Shown: positions 35,126 to 36,178 of the stretch, piece after piece
How positions within the stretch are numbered: position 1 is the first letter of the stretch
Layout: every line of letters begins with the position of its first letter
IMG/VR virus record: IMGVR_UViG_2695420793_000017
Direction: 5' to 3' (one strand)
Length of the DNA stretch: 36,178 nucleotides
Source of the DNA: a virus
Lineage: Duplodnaviria > Heunggongvirae > Uroviricota > Caudoviricetes
Notes under the pieces: model-generated
What the model was told of the DNA's origin: nothing
The model's database searches: none
Seen by the model: the letters and a program-made list of their open reading frames with translations, nothing else
Made by a program: the position numbers and the translations under genes

Positions 35126-36178
35126 ATGGCAGTACGAAAACTCACCACAGGAAAATGGCTTTGCGAATGTTACCCTGCCGGACGTAGTGGACGTCGTGTG
35201 CGTAAACAATTCGCCACCAAAGGCGAAGCTCTGGCTTTTGAGCGTCACACGATGGAAGAAACCGAAGCAAAACCCTGGCTGGGTGAATCAGTGGATCGTC
35301 GAACACTGAAAGACGTGGTTGAACTATGGTTCAAACTACATGGTAAATCTCTGACAGCTGGGCAGCATGTCTATGACAAATTGCTGTTGATGGTTGACGC
35401 TCTGGGAAATCCCATTGCAACCGATCTCACCTCTAAAATGTTTGCCCACTATCGAGATAAACGCCTGACAGGAGAGATCTACTTCAGCGAAAAATGGAAG
35501 AAAGGAGCAAGCCCGGTCACCATTAACCTGGAGCAAAGCTATCTTAGTAGTGTTTTTAGCGAACTATCCCGCCTGGGCGAATGGTCGTATCCGAACCCAC
35601 TGGAGAACATGCGAAAATTCACCATCGCAGAAAAAGAGATGGCATGGCTTACCCATGAGCAGATTGTTGAATTACTGGCTGATTGCAAACGTCAGGACCC
35701 AATTCTGGCACTGGTAGTTAAGATATGCTTAAGCACAGGCGCACGCTGGCGTGAAGCTGTAAATCTTACCCGCTCACAGGTGACCAAATACCGAATTACC
35801 TTTGTAAGAACGAAGGGGAAGAAAAACAGAAGCATCCCTATCAGTAAAGAACTTTACGAAGAGATCATGGCGCTTGATGGGTTCAATTTCTTCACAGACT
35901 GCTATTTTCAATTTTTATCTGTGATGGGAAAAACGTCTATCGTGCTCCCTCGCGGTCAACTGACACACGTTCTGCGCCATACGTTTGCGGCGCATTTCAT
36001 GATGTCGGGTGGAAATATCCTTGCTTTGCAAAAAATCCTCGGACATCACGACATAAAAATGACTATGCGTTACGCACATCTGGCACCGGATCATCTGGAA
36101 ACGGCGCTCCGTTTCAATCCTCTGGCAACGCTGCCAAGTGGCGACAAAGTGGCGGCAGCGGTTGGCATTACCCCGTAA
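35126..36178 (+). CDS. int: tyrosine integrase (P2/186 type)
   Basis: 350-aa ORF; C-terminal ...HVLRHTFA...GHHDIKMTMRYAHL fits the tyrosine recombinase catalytic region; stop is the last codon of the window. Confidence 0.85.
   Translation: MAVRKLTTGKWLCECYPAGRSGRRVRKQFATKGEALAFERHTMEETEAKPWLGESVDRRTLKDVVELWFKLHGKSLTAGQHVYDKLLLMVDALGNPIATDLTSKMFAHYRDKRLTGEIYFSEKWKKGASPVTINLEQSYLSSVFSELSRLGEWSYPNPLENMRKFTIAEKEMAWLTHEQIVELLADCKRQDPILALVVKICLSTGARWREAVNLTRSQVTKYRITFVRTKGKKNRSIPISKELYEEIMALDGFNFFTDCYFQFLSVMGKTSIVLPRGQLTHVLRHTFAAHFMMSGGNILALQKILGHHDIKMTMRYAHLAPDHLETALRFNPLATLPSGDKVAAAVGITP
36140..36160. repeat. putative attL core (GGCGACAAAGTGGCGGCAGCG) inside the int 3' end
   Basis: 20/21 identical to 2835-2855. 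Confidence 0.5.

Larger units (their letters stand above)
2835..36160. mobile_element. P2/186-family prophage, apparently complete, inserted downstream of ybjL
   Basis: full P2-type late gene set plus a 186-like control region, bounded by a 21-bp direct repeat (2835-2855 and 36140-36160, 20/21 identical). Confidence 0.85.

Noticed and set aside
1-36178. CRISPR arrays, tRNA or rRNA genes
   Set aside because: No regularly spaced short repeats and no tRNA-like cloverleaf candidates were noticed; the att core lies in an intergenic region, not a tRNA gene.

Overview
The window holds an Escherichia-type chromosomal locus (grxA, ybjM, ybjL; 1-2620) followed by an essentially complete P2/186-family prophage of about 33.3 kb (approx. 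2835-36160), bounded by a 21-bp imperfect direct repeat that I interpret as the att core. The prophage is a mosaic: a P2-like late region (ogr, D, U, T, E/E', FII, FI, tail fibre, baseplate, lysis, capsid and terminase genes, P and Q) joined to a 186-like control region (apl, cII, cI, a LexA-box operon with a DinI-like gene, A replicase, int). All calls come from reading the ORF translations and DNA by eye and from recalled protein families; no database search was run. The most interesting parts are the accessory loci: (1) an AT-rich 416-aa P-loop NTPase between cos and portal gene Q, a candidate anti-phage defence gene; (2) a Mu G-segment-like invertible tail-fibre cassette with gix/hix-like crossover sites but no invertase in the window, whose alternative fibre C-terminus is one nucleotide out of frame at an A8 tract; (3) a membrane-protein moron in the early operon flanked by 60-bp direct repeats; (4) an AT-rich coiled-coil/2-TM gene between cI and int; (5) a CI repressor with a tandemly duplicated DNA-binding domain; (6) a very acidic small protein near cos. 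No tRNA, rRNA or CRISPR array was seen.
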